Source: an uncultured candidate division Zixibacteria bacterium
GTDB lineage: Bacteria > Zixibacteria > MSB-5A5 > GN15 > PGXB01
Direction of reading: 5' to 3'
NCBI GenBank assembly: GCA_963702205.1
Contig: OY969724.1
Coordinates: forward strand, 3,904,001-3,968,000
DNA length: 64,000 nt
Part shown: in pieces, positions 51,301 through 60,819 of the stretch
Numbering within the stretch: the stretch's first letter is position 1
Layout: each line of letters begins with the position of its first letter
Made by a program: the position numbers and the translations under genes
Notes under the pieces: model-generated
Told to the model about the DNA's origin: nothing
Seen by the model: the letters and a program-made list of their open reading frames with translations, nothing else
Database searches by the model: none

Positions 51301-51445
51301 CTCCAATCGCGATTTTTGATCCTGTTGAATCATATGAAATCGCTATTATGTCACCTTCATCCAATGATACTGCAGTGCAAGGAACTTCGCAATTACCTGA
51401 ATAAAAGCACAATAACAATAATACTAAAAATGAAAAACGCGACAT
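48317..51445 (-). CDS. Exported WD40-repeat protein with Ig-like domains and a probable C-terminal beta-barrel
   Basis: GGAGGG RBS before MSRFS; DGYLKFWD, GNVIIWD, VCIWN; alternating aromatic strands ending TTEIGLVLEF. Confidence 0.7.
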   Translation of the reverse strand: MSRFSFLVLLLLCFYSGNCEVPCTAVSLDEGDIIAISYDSTGSKIAIGAEDGTHCIMDTKSKRIICKFSASLSPGCILFANKGKCIISGGPDGYLKFWDINSGNKITSTREDRIFSMALNPDGAGFAVGGEGLRVRIYDVITKNKLYTLKTTRGQIHAMAYSRNGDRLALCDNDAIYIYNTDNYDNIATFVKNDYTITAITFADDNRYLIAGSDAGNVIIWDIAKNEIIKIFENHIGAIYCLAVRRDILIGAGTGEKVCIWNLTDNKIIDSVITDFQEINCIQFNPQKNEVAIGGNRKQMLILNMDNIDLGPNEVASREKLNMDNALNKDDLAKNKPPISAKEGVGLASTNLNNADSAVLKKSKKNEQEKENDNPGYPPHLKAVCRLQDPNNNGKLDAYETGALAIDISNEGKGIAYDLVLGINDNDNCDKVTFGKPSVIGQLLPNATTTVALPLILGANSTEDTCNVVIEVFEKNGFDLIPPLEYGLVIGGIQKPKLEILDYQFADADNNSIIEKAELVEITVYIQNMSPADAYDITVNVRTGPNVFIAQDSHVQYNFDVIGAGKIKDLKFVAFTNNRATEFPINIDIIDHNGGLITSVPLHLPFIKSGAEKPKARVTDNIILDDQWDISDFPDVLYYQATVYDGNESIIDNGSYKFTFRLYDKMSSIDPCWLESQYAGVKYGKIGIWLGLINQFTESCINTDSLWLGIQFENKAENPNRRLILVSHSNLQRSQVAQPTSFDDQNDSSQKQENRSSKIEEMNRPITKESKAEEHPNLNKKGKLFFIGKLFSMSHEYEEPGLMSESGNLYGFGSEIGYINQDIALSMDLFYAPAGSIDYDGGMFDENGNVVPLQIEGVKDEIFELRLTAGIPVILSGRTMFVPYGGVGFRNWVDKMSISEYGYDREISYFFSPLGGALEIKFNNTNWLATIGLEIDIFWAGIVKSSLGQVDAGDYYLSNAENKQKKGLGTKLSMGIVNINSNDSWGLELYVQHWEIEKSDISYVGATSKTFPFTSYEIDVMEPQNNTTEIGLVLEFRSSMNK

Positions 51446-51506
51446 ATTGACCCTCCAGACTATATTTATATAAAAAAGGACGATGATTCTGTATTTACGT
51501 CTTCGC

Positions 51507-54500
51507 CTACTCCCCCCACCCTTCACAAAGAACCTCCGCCTGTTCCAAAACCAATTCTGTCGCCTGGGCCTGCTTGTCCGGCGGGTAACCGTGGCGCCGC
51601 AATATCCTCTTTATTATTACCCGCATTTGGGCCCGGACATTCTCGCGGACCGTCCAATCGATAGTGATGCTATTCCGAACAGCTTTGACAAGCTCCTGCG
51701 CGATGGAACGCAGCGTCTCGTCCCCGAGAACCTGAACCGCGCTGTCATTGACGCCGAGGGCATCATAAAAGGCGACTTCATCTTCGGAAAGCCCCAGGTT
51801 ATCACCCCTGCGGCTGGCTTCACGCATATCTTTGGCAAGGGTAATCAATTCCTCAATAACAGCCGCAGTTTCAATGGCTCTATTTTGATATTTTTTAATA
51901 GAATTTTCCAGCATTTCGGCAAATGACCGCGCCTGGACAATATTCCTTTTACTCCTTGTTCTGATTTCACCTTCTAATAGTTTTTTAAGCATTTCGACGG
52001 CCAAATTCCGCTGGGGCATATCTCGGACTTCCGCAAGGAACTCATCGGACAGAATTGATATATCTGGTTTTTTTAGTCCCGCAGCGGCAAAAATGTCGAT
52101 GACTTCGTCTGAAGAAACTGCTTTCGATACAATTTGCCGAATGGCCAACTCCACTTCATCAGTGCTCCGGCGATCAACAACGGCGCTTTTTGTTAAAACT
52201 GATTTAACTGCCTGGAAAAAGGCCACGTCATCACGAATTTTAAGCGCTTCTTCATGTGGGACAGAAAGCGCAAATGCCCTTGAAAGTTCAGTTACCGCCT
52301 TAGCCAGCCTATCCTTGCCATCTTCTTGATCCAGGACATGTTCCTGAGCTGCCGGGAGGATTGAAAGCCGCTCCTGCGAGTTGCCCGTTTTCCATTTCGA
52401 CCAATCAAAACCATGAAATATATCGCAACAGATTTCATAACGTTCCAGCATTACAGCTACCGCTTCTGCCTGGTCTACCGCCGTTTTGCCTTTACCACCG
52501 CTTTCCGTATAAGTTGCCAAGGCTGATTTCAACTCATGTGCCAGCCCCAGATAATCGACAACCAAGCCACCCGGCTTGTCTTTAAATACCCGGTTTACCC
52601 GCGCAATGGTTTGCATCAGCCCATGGCTTCGCATAGGTTTATCGGCATACATTGTATGAAGACTTGGCGCATCGAAACCCGTCAGCCACATATCGCGGAC
52701 TATGACAATTTGAAATTTGTCTTTTGGATCTTTAAAACGTTTCGCCAATTCTTCCCGGCGGGGTTTATTTCTGATGTGAGGCTGCCAATCAAGAGGGTCC
52801 GATGCCGAACCGGTCATCACGATTTTAATGATGCCCTTTCCATCTTCTTCATTATGCCAGCCGGGCCGAATGGCCATAATCGCTTTGTAAAGCTCGACAC
52901 AAATTCGGCGGCTCATGCAAACAATCATCGCTTTGCCGTTCATGGCTTCAAGGCGGGTTTCAAAATGCCTTACCAAATCCTCTGCAACCAACTTTAGCCG
53001 TTTTTCCGTTCCAACCAGTGCCTCAAGTTGAGCCCATTTTGTTTTCAGCCGTTCCTTATGGTCAACTTCTTCACCTTCAGTGGCTTCTTCGAAATCCACA
53101 TCCAGTTTCGGTCGTTCGGCCTCATCAAGCTCCAGCATGGCCAGACGGCTTTCGTAATAGATTGGAACCGTCGCCCCATCTTTCACCGCCCGTTCAATAT
53201 CGTAAATGCTGATATAATCGCCAAAAACGGAACGGGTATTCCTATCAGCCTTTTCGATGGGTGTCCCGGTGAATCCAATAAACGATGCATTTGGCAGTGC
53301 CTCGCGCATATACCGGGCATAGCCATCGATGAAGTCATATTGGCTGCGGTGCGCCTCATCGGCAATTACGACGATATTTCGCCGACCAGACAAGAGCGGG
53401 TATTGATCCTCTCCCTCGGTTGGGAAAAATTTCTGAACCGTTGTAAATACAACACCTCCCGAACCTGTAGTCAACAGCTCCCGCAGATTATCACGGCTCT
53501 TGGCTTGCATTGGTGATTGTCGCAAAATTTCATGACATCTTGCGAACGTCCCGAATAGCTGATCGTCAAGATCATTGCGGTCGGTTATAATGACCAAGGT
53601 TGGGTTTTCCATCGCAGGGTGCAGCACAATCCGCCCGGCATAAAAGGCCATTGTCAGACTTTTGCCCGATCCCTGGGTATGCCAAACAACACCGGCCCGT
53701 TTATCGCCGCCCATTGCAGACGCTTTAATTGTCGACTCAACCGCTTTATTGGTGGCATGATACTGATGATATCCGGCCATCTTCTTGGCCAAAACACCGC
53801 CACCCGTATCTTCGAATACGATAAAATATCGAATCAAATCCAGTAAACGCCGCTTTTCGAATACGCCCTCAAGCATTACCTGAAGCTGTGTCAGATGTGT
53901 ATCGGCTAATTCCTCGCCCTCTATTGTCCGCCATGGTAAAAACCACTCTTTACTTGCAGTAATGGTCCCGATGCGTGCCTGCATACCGTCCGAAATAACC
54001 ATCGCCTCATTGAAGATGAAAAGTGATGGAATCTGATTCTTGTAAGTCTGAAGCTGATTAAACGCTTTCCAGATGTCGGCGCTTTCATCAGCAGGGTTTT
54101 TTAATTCGATTACCGCTACCGGTAAACCATTTATAAACAGCACCACATCCGGGCGACGTTCACGTTGATCTTCAACAACGGTGAATTGATTGACGGCAAT
54201 GAATTCATTATTTTCCGGCTCATCAAAGTCGAATACACGAACAAGGTCACCGCGAATTGAGCCATCCGAATGTTCGAATTCAACCGGCACACCATCGACG
54301 AAGTAATTATGAATTGTATGATTATTCGCTACCAAAGACGGTGAATCGGGACGCGTCAGCTTGCGGAAAGCTTCTTCAATTGCGTCCGGCGGCACGTCCG
54401 GATTTAATCGTTGCAGTGCTTGCCTAAGTCTTCGGTCGAGCACAACCCGGCCATAATCCACACGCTCGCCCATCGTTTCGCCCGGAGCAATCTCGGGACC

Positions 54501-54581
54501 GAAGAGGATAGTGTATCTTAGGCTTTCCAACCACGCAAGGGCGGCTTGTTCGACATCGGATTCAGTGAATCTACTTGTCAC
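51507..54581 (-). CDS. hsdR: Type I restriction endonuclease subunit R
   Basis: [46 protein letters not shown]. Confidence 0.96.
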   Translation of the reverse strand: MTSRFTESDVEQAALAWLESLRYTILFGPEIAPGETMGERVDYGRVVLDRRLRQALQRLNPDVPPDAIEEAFRKLTRPDSPSLVANNHTIHNYFVDGVPVEFEHSDGSIRGDLVRVFDFDEPENNEFIAVNQFTVVEDQRERRPDVVLFINGLPVAVIELKNPADESADIWKAFNQLQTYKNQIPSLFIFNEAMVISDGMQARIGTITASKEWFLPWRTIEGEELADTHLTQLQVMLEGVFEKRRLLDLIRYFIVFEDTGGGVLAKKMAGYHQYHATNKAVESTIKASAMGGDKRAGVVWHTQGSGKSLTMAFYAGRIVLHPAMENPTLVIITDRNDLDDQLFGTFARCHEILRQSPMQAKSRDNLRELLTTGSGGVVFTTVQKFFPTEGEDQYPLLSGRRNIVVIADEAHRSQYDFIDGYARYMREALPNASFIGFTGTPIEKADRNTRSVFGDYISIYDIERAVKDGATVPIYYESRLAMLELDEAERPKLDVDFEEATEGEEVDHKERLKTKWAQLEALVGTEKRLKLVAEDLVRHFETRLEAMNGKAMIVCMSRRICVELYKAIMAIRPGWHNEEDGKGIIKIVMTGSASDPLDWQPHIRNKPRREELAKRFKDPKDKFQIVIVRDMWLTGFDAPSLHTMYADKPMRSHGLMQTIARVNRVFKDKPGGLVVDYLGLAHELKSALATYTESGGKGKTAVDQAEAVAVMLERYEICCDIFHGFDWSKWKTGNSQERLSILPAAQEHVLDQEDGKDRLAKAVTELSRAFALSVPHEEALKIRDDVAFFQAVKSVLTKSAVVDRRSTDEVELAIRQIVSKAVSSDEVIDIFAAAGLKKPDISILSDEFLAEVRDMPQRNLAVEMLKKLLEGEIRTRSKRNIVQARSFAEMLENSIKKYQNRAIETAAVIEELITLAKDMREASRRGDNLGLSEDEVAFYDALGVNDSAVQVLGDETLRSIAQELVKAVRNSITIDWTVRENVRAQMRVIIKRILRRHGYPPDKQAQATELVLEQAEVLCEGWGE

Positions 54582-54599
54582 AAATGCATCCTCAGCAAG

Positions 54600-55709
54600 T
54601 TAGGCAATCCCTATACTCTGAATCTTAAACCACTTCACCAAGTGTTCGGCGTACTCACCCGCGCAATCACCAATTATATTGAACCGGGCTAAAGTTCGAC
54701 GAAAGGCTATTTTCATACTTGCCTGCAGCACCTCTCGCTCTCTCCAATCTGTCCCCATATTCATTTCTGCAGTTTTTAATATAGAATCAATTAGACTTGG
54801 CCCTCCAGATTCACCGGATGAATTTAGTAAACCAAGAGATGACATGTATACCTTGAATTCATTTTTTAGTGGCAGCAAATGACCGCCATAAATCTGAACA
54901 ACTTCAAAGAAAGGAATCGGTTCCTTGGTCTTTGCAGTTGGCATCACAGGTTCTTTTGCAGTATCCTTTTCATCAGACTCCGATTCTGAGATAACGCTGG
55001 AAAAAGACGCTTCTAGTAGTGCAATATATGCTTCCCGATCAATTGTATATAATAATCTGCTTGGTTCTATTCTGAGTTCTATTCCGTCTGCAAGATTACC
55101 CGTCTTAAGTTTCACCAATAGCATTGGCAAATCATCCTCGTATTCAACTGATGATTCAACTGAAACCGAACAATCGATTTTTTCATGCGAATTGCAAAAT
55201 CGTTCATACGGTTCTCTTGTAAATTTTAGATTTGGCTCTGTTCCTTCAAGCACTCCAAGCAATAGGGCAAGAATTGTGTCGGCAATGAAGAGATAAGGCT
55301 TAATATGATTTTGCGTAAGATTGTCTAAAAAGCCATCCTTTCCGTGCGCAATGGGTCCATTTTCATTTCTCATATCGCCTAGAGTATCTGATAATTTATT
55401 GTATGCTGATAGTATGCGATCAAGTCTGCTTGCGCCTCTGGTATTATGAAGTCCAAGCACTTTTAGAGCCTCCACAAGCATCTCTGTACTCGACGGACTG
55501 GCGGATGGCATAGGCTTGCCGTAATCCCCGAGTATTGTCAAACAAACACACTCAATGAATGATTTCATAGTTTCAATGAGGCCATGTTGGTTACTCTCAT
55601 AACTATCAACAACTGCTTGGTAATGATTCGCAAGTGTAGGCGCATCTGGCCAATGTTCCAACGCCTGCCGAAGATGAGGCAATTGCATGTCAAAGGTGCT
55701 TGACATCAA
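54600..55709 (-). CDS. Abi_C-like (HEPN-type) abortive infection family protein
   Basis: KSFIECVCLTIL and MRNENGPIAHGKD motifs; located inside the hsd operon. Confidence 0.65.
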   Translation of the reverse strand: MMSSTFDMQLPHLRQALEHWPDAPTLANHYQAVVDSYESNQHGLIETMKSFIECVCLTILGDYGKPMPSASPSSTEMLVEALKVLGLHNTRGASRLDRILSAYNKLSDTLGDMRNENGPIAHGKDGFLDNLTQNHIKPYLFIADTILALLLGVLEGTEPNLKFTREPYERFCNSHEKIDCSVSVESSVEYEDDLPMLLVKLKTGNLADGIELRIEPSRLLYTIDREAYIALLEASFSSVISESESDEKDTAKEPVMPTAKTKEPIPFFEVVQIYGGHLLPLKNEFKVYMSSLGLLNSSGESGGPSLIDSILKTAEMNMGTDWREREVLQASMKIAFRRTLARFNIIGDCAGEYAEHLVKWFKIQSIGIA

Positions 55710-57028
55710 ACATATCTTCCTATTATTCGCTCGGCGTCAGGCACCCGCAACTCTCCTGATATCAATTCTGGTAATAAAATATCGCGAAGGGCAGAAAGTG
55801 TACGAGATTCATTACAATCGGCGAATAGTCGTCGTAATAGACATAAAACCTGTTTGTCAAACTCATCAACAACGTTTTCCCCGGGAAATAGCATTGGCAG
55901 TCCTCGCACGCCAGCTTGATTAATCCCCGGCTGTGCAGAATTAGAGTTTAGGGCGATAATTTCATTTGTCATGCGAAGTTGGTCAAGCCAGAAATATAGA
56001 TACCTCTGCTCTGATTGCCTCTTCGTCCGTAAAATAAATACATGTTCATTGACAGCGCAATCAGTGTGCGGAAAACCGAAATCAAAATAGGTTTTGCGAC
56101 CAATATGTGCTCCGTCTTTATATAATAGCACATCTCCGTCTCGCACATTGGCACCCTTAAGTTTTAGACGCTTAAAGTGTTCTTCAGGTACGAATTTTTC
56201 TTTTGAAAAGTCATACTGACCCAAACCAACAATATTCTCTGCGCCAATACTCGGCACCCCATCATTTACTGAACCACCCTTAGGCCGTGATCCTGAAACA
56301 AGTCCGGAAAGGGCTCTATCAAGTTTTCCAATCTCCCACCCATCCGGAATCTCACCCAATTCGGAATCTTCAAATGAATCTGGGAAAAGGGCTGCGATGT
56401 CGGGTATAAGGCCAGCCGGTTGATTACCGGACGCCTTAGCTCGTACCGGATCAAAATCCACGAACCAGCTTTTGAAAATTGCCCGCGCCATATCTTCGAG
56501 CGTCCTATTCATCCGCCGGTTCAATTCAATTTTGTCATCCAATGCCCCGAGGATGCAGGCGATGGCTTGTTGTTCTTTAAATGGTGGGAGAAGTATTTCA
56601 AGATTACCAAATGCTGATTTATTAAGGATTGGCTGAGCAGAACCACTGGCAGATGATCTTATCTCTTCTTTGCGGTTGCTTAGGTTGTAATATACAAATA
56701 ATGGATCATTTCCAGATTCGACAACAATACTATTAATCTGCTGGTTGGTTATGCAATCATTAGTCGCCAATGCTGTTTTCCCCATGTCTGAGCCAATACA
56801 TGTAACCATCACAGCATTGGCAGGAATGCGGGAACGGGAAACCAGTTCAGCTCCCTTATCAGTTAGGCATCGTTCAGTGGAACTAATCAATCTGCGCTCG
56901 TCAAAATCTCTTGGTGTTACAAACGGGACATTGCCGCCAAAACACCCGTCAACTCGGGTCGGTGGTGTCTTGCCTGTAATAATCGGGCCCAATTGGTCGA
57001 GAGTTGACACTCGCCATTCATCTGACAT
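55706..57028 (-). CDS. hsdS: Type I R-M specificity subunit S
   Basis: GKTP, TNQQIN, GSAQP, PPFKEQQAIACILGALDDKIELN, LRDILLPELISGEL; start MSDEW overlaps the upstream stop. Confidence 0.93.
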   Translation of the reverse strand: MSDEWRVSTLDQLGPIITGKTPPTRVDGCFGGNVPFVTPRDFDERRLISSTERCLTDKGAELVSRSRIPANAVMVTCIGSDMGKTALATNDCITNQQINSIVVESGNDPLFVYYNLSNRKEEIRSSASGSAQPILNKSAFGNLEILLPPFKEQQAIACILGALDDKIELNRRMNRTLEDMARAIFKSWFVDFDPVRAKASGNQPAGLIPDIAALFPDSFEDSELGEIPDGWEIGKLDRALSGLVSGSRPKGGSVNDGVPSIGAENIVGLGQYDFSKEKFVPEEHFKRLKLKGANVRDGDVLLYKDGAHIGRKTYFDFGFPHTDCAVNEHVFILRTKRQSEQRYLYFWLDQLRMTNEIIALNSNSAQPGINQAGVRGLPMLFPGENVVDEFDKQVLCLLRRLFADCNESRTLSALRDILLPELISGELRVPDAERIIGRYV

Positions 57029-58118
57029 TTTTCTGGCCTTTTTTCTTTCCTTTATTGTCCCTCTTAGATTTTGGAAGAGAGCTAGTCTTATTCTCCAATA
57101 ATTTGACTCTTTCCACCGCTTTATCAAAATCGCTGGTTGGAGTTGTTAATTCAATCCGGCGCCGTTCGGCCTCGTACTTGGCGAATTCACCGCGCGCATG
57201 TTCCTGCGCCAATTCGTGCGAGATGGTGCCGGCATGAGTCAGGATATTGCGTTCGTTGAATTCAAGGAAGGCATCCAGTCTTTCTACCCAGTCGGCCATG
57301 TGCATAGTCCGCCGCCTTTTGGCCTGATCTTCGGCGAAATCAAGATACATAGTGACGACGCAATTCAATTCCCGCAGTTCTTCTTCAGTCAGGTAATTTT
57401 TCGCAACGGTCACATCTGCTTTTCTGATCGCGCCGTGCGGAGCATTCTTCCAGGTCGTCAATCCCATATGTACCGTGGCTGCATCCGCCCGTTCCTGTAT
57501 TAACTCGGCGGCCGTGTGGCCGTGTATGGCCCAATGGAGTTTGTTTTGCACGGTGGCATAGAAATTTTGTGTGATCTCGGCCTTGGCGTCATAGTCGATA
57601 CTGGTGGCATATATATCGGCGATTTTCTGATAAAACAGCCGTTCCGAAGCCCGGATATCGCGTATTCGCTCAAGCAGTTCATCAAAATAACTGTCACCGA
57701 GGGTACGGCCATCTTTTATCCGTTCATCGTCGAGCGTAAATCCCTTGACCAAGAGTTCTGACAGCCGGGCAGTCGCCCATTGCCGAAAAACGGTTCCCCG
57801 AGCCGATCTTACGCGATAACCAACAGCAAGGATGGCGTCGAGATTATAATGGTCAACCATGCGTTTAACCTGGCGATTCCCCTCGGTTTGAACTATCCGG
57901 AATTTCCGGATAGTTGCCTCCGGATTGAGTTCCTTTTCGTTGTAAATGTTTACCAGATGTTCGTTTACAGTTTTTACAGAAACCTGGTAGAGATCCGAAA
58001 TTAGGCGCTGGGTCAGCCAAACCGTTTGCCCATCGATACGGACCTGGACTTGTAGTGTACCATCCTGATAAATCAGGATTTGTCCATCCGGAGTTATCGG
58101 AACCGGTTCATTTGCCAT
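57018..58118 (-). CDS. rhuM: RhuM-family protein
   Basis: [52 protein letters not shown]. Confidence 0.9.
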   Translation of the reverse strand: MANEPVPITPDGQILIYQDGTLQVQVRIDGQTVWLTQRLISDLYQVSVKTVNEHLVNIYNEKELNPEATIRKFRIVQTEGNRQVKRMVDHYNLDAILAVGYRVRSARGTVFRQWATARLSELLVKGFTLDDERIKDGRTLGDSYFDELLERIRDIRASERLFYQKIADIYATSIDYDAKAEITQNFYATVQNKLHWAIHGHTAAELIQERADAATVHMGLTTWKNAPHGAIRKADVTVAKNYLTEEELRELNCVVTMYLDFAEDQAKRRRTMHMADWVERLDAFLEFNERNILTHAGTISHELAQEHARGEFAKYEAERRRIELTTPTSDFDKAVERVKLLENKTSSLPKSKRDNKGKKKGQKNVR

Positions 58119-59700
58119 AGCCGATATCCTTCAAATTGGCCCAGATAAGTTTGTCAAGCTTGGCGGATTTTGCGGTCTGCTCCTGTAATTCCGCCGTCAA
58201 ACGGGCCATTTTTTCTTCAAATGGCTCCCCGTCGTCTTCGACCTCAGCCGCACCGACGTACCGCCCAGGCGTAAGGATATAACTGTTCTTACGGATTTCT
58301 TCGAGACCAGCTGCCTTACAGAATCCGGGAATATCCTTATACTTCGCCTTTACGGTCTTATCTCCGCGCCAGGAATGGTACGTATCTGCGATTTTCTTGA
58401 TATCGTCATCAGTTAATTCACGATGGACACGATCCAGCATCGATCCCATTTTTCTGGCATCGATAAAAAGCGTTTCATTACGCCTGTCGCGAAATCGTCC
58501 GTTTTTCTTCTCTCGGGCAATAAACCATAAGCAAACCGGAATCTGCGTAGTAGTAAAAAGCTGCCCAGGCATGGCAACCATGCAATCAACCAAATCTGCC
58601 TCTATGATATTTTTCCTGATTTCACCCTCACCGGATTGATTGGAAGACATCGAGCCATTTGCTAACACAAAGCCGGCCAAACCTGTCGGGGCGAGATGGT
58701 GGATAAAGTGCTGAACCCAGGCATAATTGGCATTGGAAGTCGGCGGAATCCCGAATTTCCATCGTTTGTCTTTCTTGAGCAGATCGCCGCGCCAATCAGA
58801 ATCATTAAAGGGCGGATTTGCCAAGACAAAATCAGCCTTAAGATCAGCATGCAGATCGCGGTGGAAGCTGTCAGCGTGCTCTTTGCCGAGGTTGCCATCA
58901 ATGCCGCGGATGGCCAAATTCATTCTGGCCAGCCGCCAGGTCGTGTGATTGGATTCCTGGCCGAAAATGCTTATATCCCGCTTAGCATTGCCTCCATTTC
59001 CATTTCCGGTTCGATGCGATTCAACAAATTTCTTGGATTGCACAAACATTCCGCCCGAGCCGCAGCATGGGTCATAAACTCTTCCATTATAGGGAGCTAA
59101 CATTTCAACGAGGATCCTAACAACACACTCAGGCGTCCAAAATTGACCGCCCTTTCTTCCTTCAGCAGCCGCAAATTGCTTTAGCAGATACATATAACAG
59201 CTTCCAAGCAGGTCCCTATGGCCTTTCTTGTCCGTCAGTCCAATGCTTCCAATAATGTCAATGAGTTGACCAAGCCTTTGTTTATCAAGCCGCGGGTGTG
59301 CATATTCCTTCGGCATCGCCCCCTTCAGCGAAGGATTGTCGCGTTCAATGGCCAGCATGGCATCATCTACTATCTTACCAATTGTGGGTTGTTTTGCGTT
59401 AGCTTTGAGATATGACCAACGTGCCTCTTTAGGTACCCAGAATATGTTCTTTGCCCGATATTCATCAGGATCTTCAGGATCGGCTCCATTTTTGCGATCA
59501 GCATCAAGCTCAGCGTGTTGATTTTCGAATGAGTCAGAAATATATTTAAGAAAAATCAAGCCAAGGACGACATGCTTATATTCGGCAGCATCCATATTAG
59601 AGCGAAGGGCATCGGCTGAAAGCCATAATTTCTTTTCAAGGTCTAAACCTGCACCATTATTTACCGCATTTGGCAATTTAATCTCCTCGCTTGGGAACAC
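58108..59700 (-). CDS. hsdM: Type I R-M methyltransferase subunit M
   Basis: [34 protein letters not shown]. Confidence 0.96.
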   Translation of the reverse strand: MFPSEEIKLPNAVNNGAGLDLEKKLWLSADALRSNMDAAEYKHVVLGLIFLKYISDSFENQHAELDADRKNGADPEDPDEYRAKNIFWVPKEARWSYLKANAKQPTIGKIVDDAMLAIERDNPSLKGAMPKEYAHPRLDKQRLGQLIDIIGSIGLTDKKGHRDLLGSCYMYLLKQFAAAEGRKGGQFWTPECVVRILVEMLAPYNGRVYDPCCGSGGMFVQSKKFVESHRTGNGNGGNAKRDISIFGQESNHTTWRLARMNLAIRGIDGNLGKEHADSFHRDLHADLKADFVLANPPFNDSDWRGDLLKKDKRWKFGIPPTSNANYAWVQHFIHHLAPTGLAGFVLANGSMSSNQSGEGEIRKNIIEADLVDCMVAMPGQLFTTTQIPVCLWFIAREKKNGRFRDRRNETLFIDARKMGSMLDRVHRELTDDDIKKIADTYHSWRGDKTVKAKYKDIPGFCKAAGLEEIRKNSYILTPGRYVGAAEVEDDGEPFEEKMARLTAELQEQTAKSAKLDKLIWANLKDIGYGK

Positions 59701-59865
59701 TGAAAAACTTTTGAATAGCCTCCCTGTTTATAACAGCGCTTCGATTATTCAGAAAATGTAGGTTTAAATTTATTTAAAATAGTTAAATAAGTCAAGGCGT
59801 CTGGCGCCAACGATTTGATTAATGTGCATTATAAAAAGATTGGTTTTTTACGAAACAAAGCCAAA

Positions 59866-60819
59866 TCAGGCTTGATTAGAGACATTTACGTCGATGGCCA
59901 ATGGGATTGTGGGATTACCGCCCATTCGGGCGCTTTGCAGGCGGATCAATTCATGAATGGCCCGATAAAGCTGCCTTTCGATAGCTGTTTCATATCGAAG
60001 CATCTTGTCGATAGCTTCCTTTTCGGGCAAGTACAGCGCTTTTTTCTGGGCATTAATGTCTTCGTTTTCAATTTTGTTTAAATGCGCGCTAATCTCTTTC
60101 AACTGCTTTTTTTCATTATTTATTATTTTAATCATCGCTTTCTTCAACTTTTCTCGATCAGGAGTATCGCCATATTTCTCGGGGTCAGAAATCGCAAGAC
60201 TCTGCCCTTTGGTAGCCATATGGTTAAATAACATCAACGTATAACCAAAACTGCCTTTTTCAGTCTCAAAATGACGACAAAGTTCCTGCGTCGAGTAGTC
60301 AGATAATTCGCCAGACTCCTCTATTCCGAATTTAATGTCATCCAAGGCGGCCAATAGGCATTTGATTCCAAATATGGTTTTTCTTAATTTATCCTTGTTC
60401 CCGCCGGCTTCAGCCATCGTGCGGTCGAATTTAAAATCATCGGCGCGTTTGAAAATTATGTCCATTGTGGCATTATCGAGCCGTTTGCGTAATTCTCCGA
60501 CCTCGAACTTGACCACTCGGCGCAACCGCCAATAACAAATGGCTATCTTTTCAACAAGCATTTCTTCCAGAATCCCTGCTGGACAAAGTTCAATTCGAAG
60601 CGCATTGAAGAGCTGCTCAAATTCATTTTCGTCTTCTATGCCTTCACCGGCATCAATAATGACTTCTTTCGATAATAGCCCATGTTTCATGGCATTCCAC
60701 TTTACGACAGCCTTGCCCTTGCGCGTTTTGGGCCCGGTGGATTTTAGAGAGTTGTTTCGGTTTGCTCGGACCTTCTCGTCCGATACCCTGATCTTTTTTG
60801 TAGTCCTACCCAATTCCAA
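59866..60819 (-). CDS. Hypothetical protein with ANRxN..STGPKT..GK..NAxKHGL N-terminal motif
   Basis: 317-aa ORF overlapping the primase stop; motif visible in translation. Confidence 0.7.
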   Translation of the reverse strand: MELGRTTKKIRVSDEKVRANRNNSLKSTGPKTRKGKAVVKWNAMKHGLLSKEVIIDAGEGIEDENEFEQLFNALRIELCPAGILEEMLVEKIAICYWRLRRVVKFEVGELRKRLDNATMDIIFKRADDFKFDRTMAEAGGNKDKLRKTIFGIKCLLAALDDIKFGIEESGELSDYSTQELCRHFETEKGSFGYTLMLFNHMATKGQSLAISDPEKYGDTPDREKLKKAMIKIINNEKKQLKEISAHLNKIENEDINAQKKALYLPEKEAIDKMLRYETAIERQLYRAIHELIRLQSARMGGNPTIPLAIDVNVSNQA

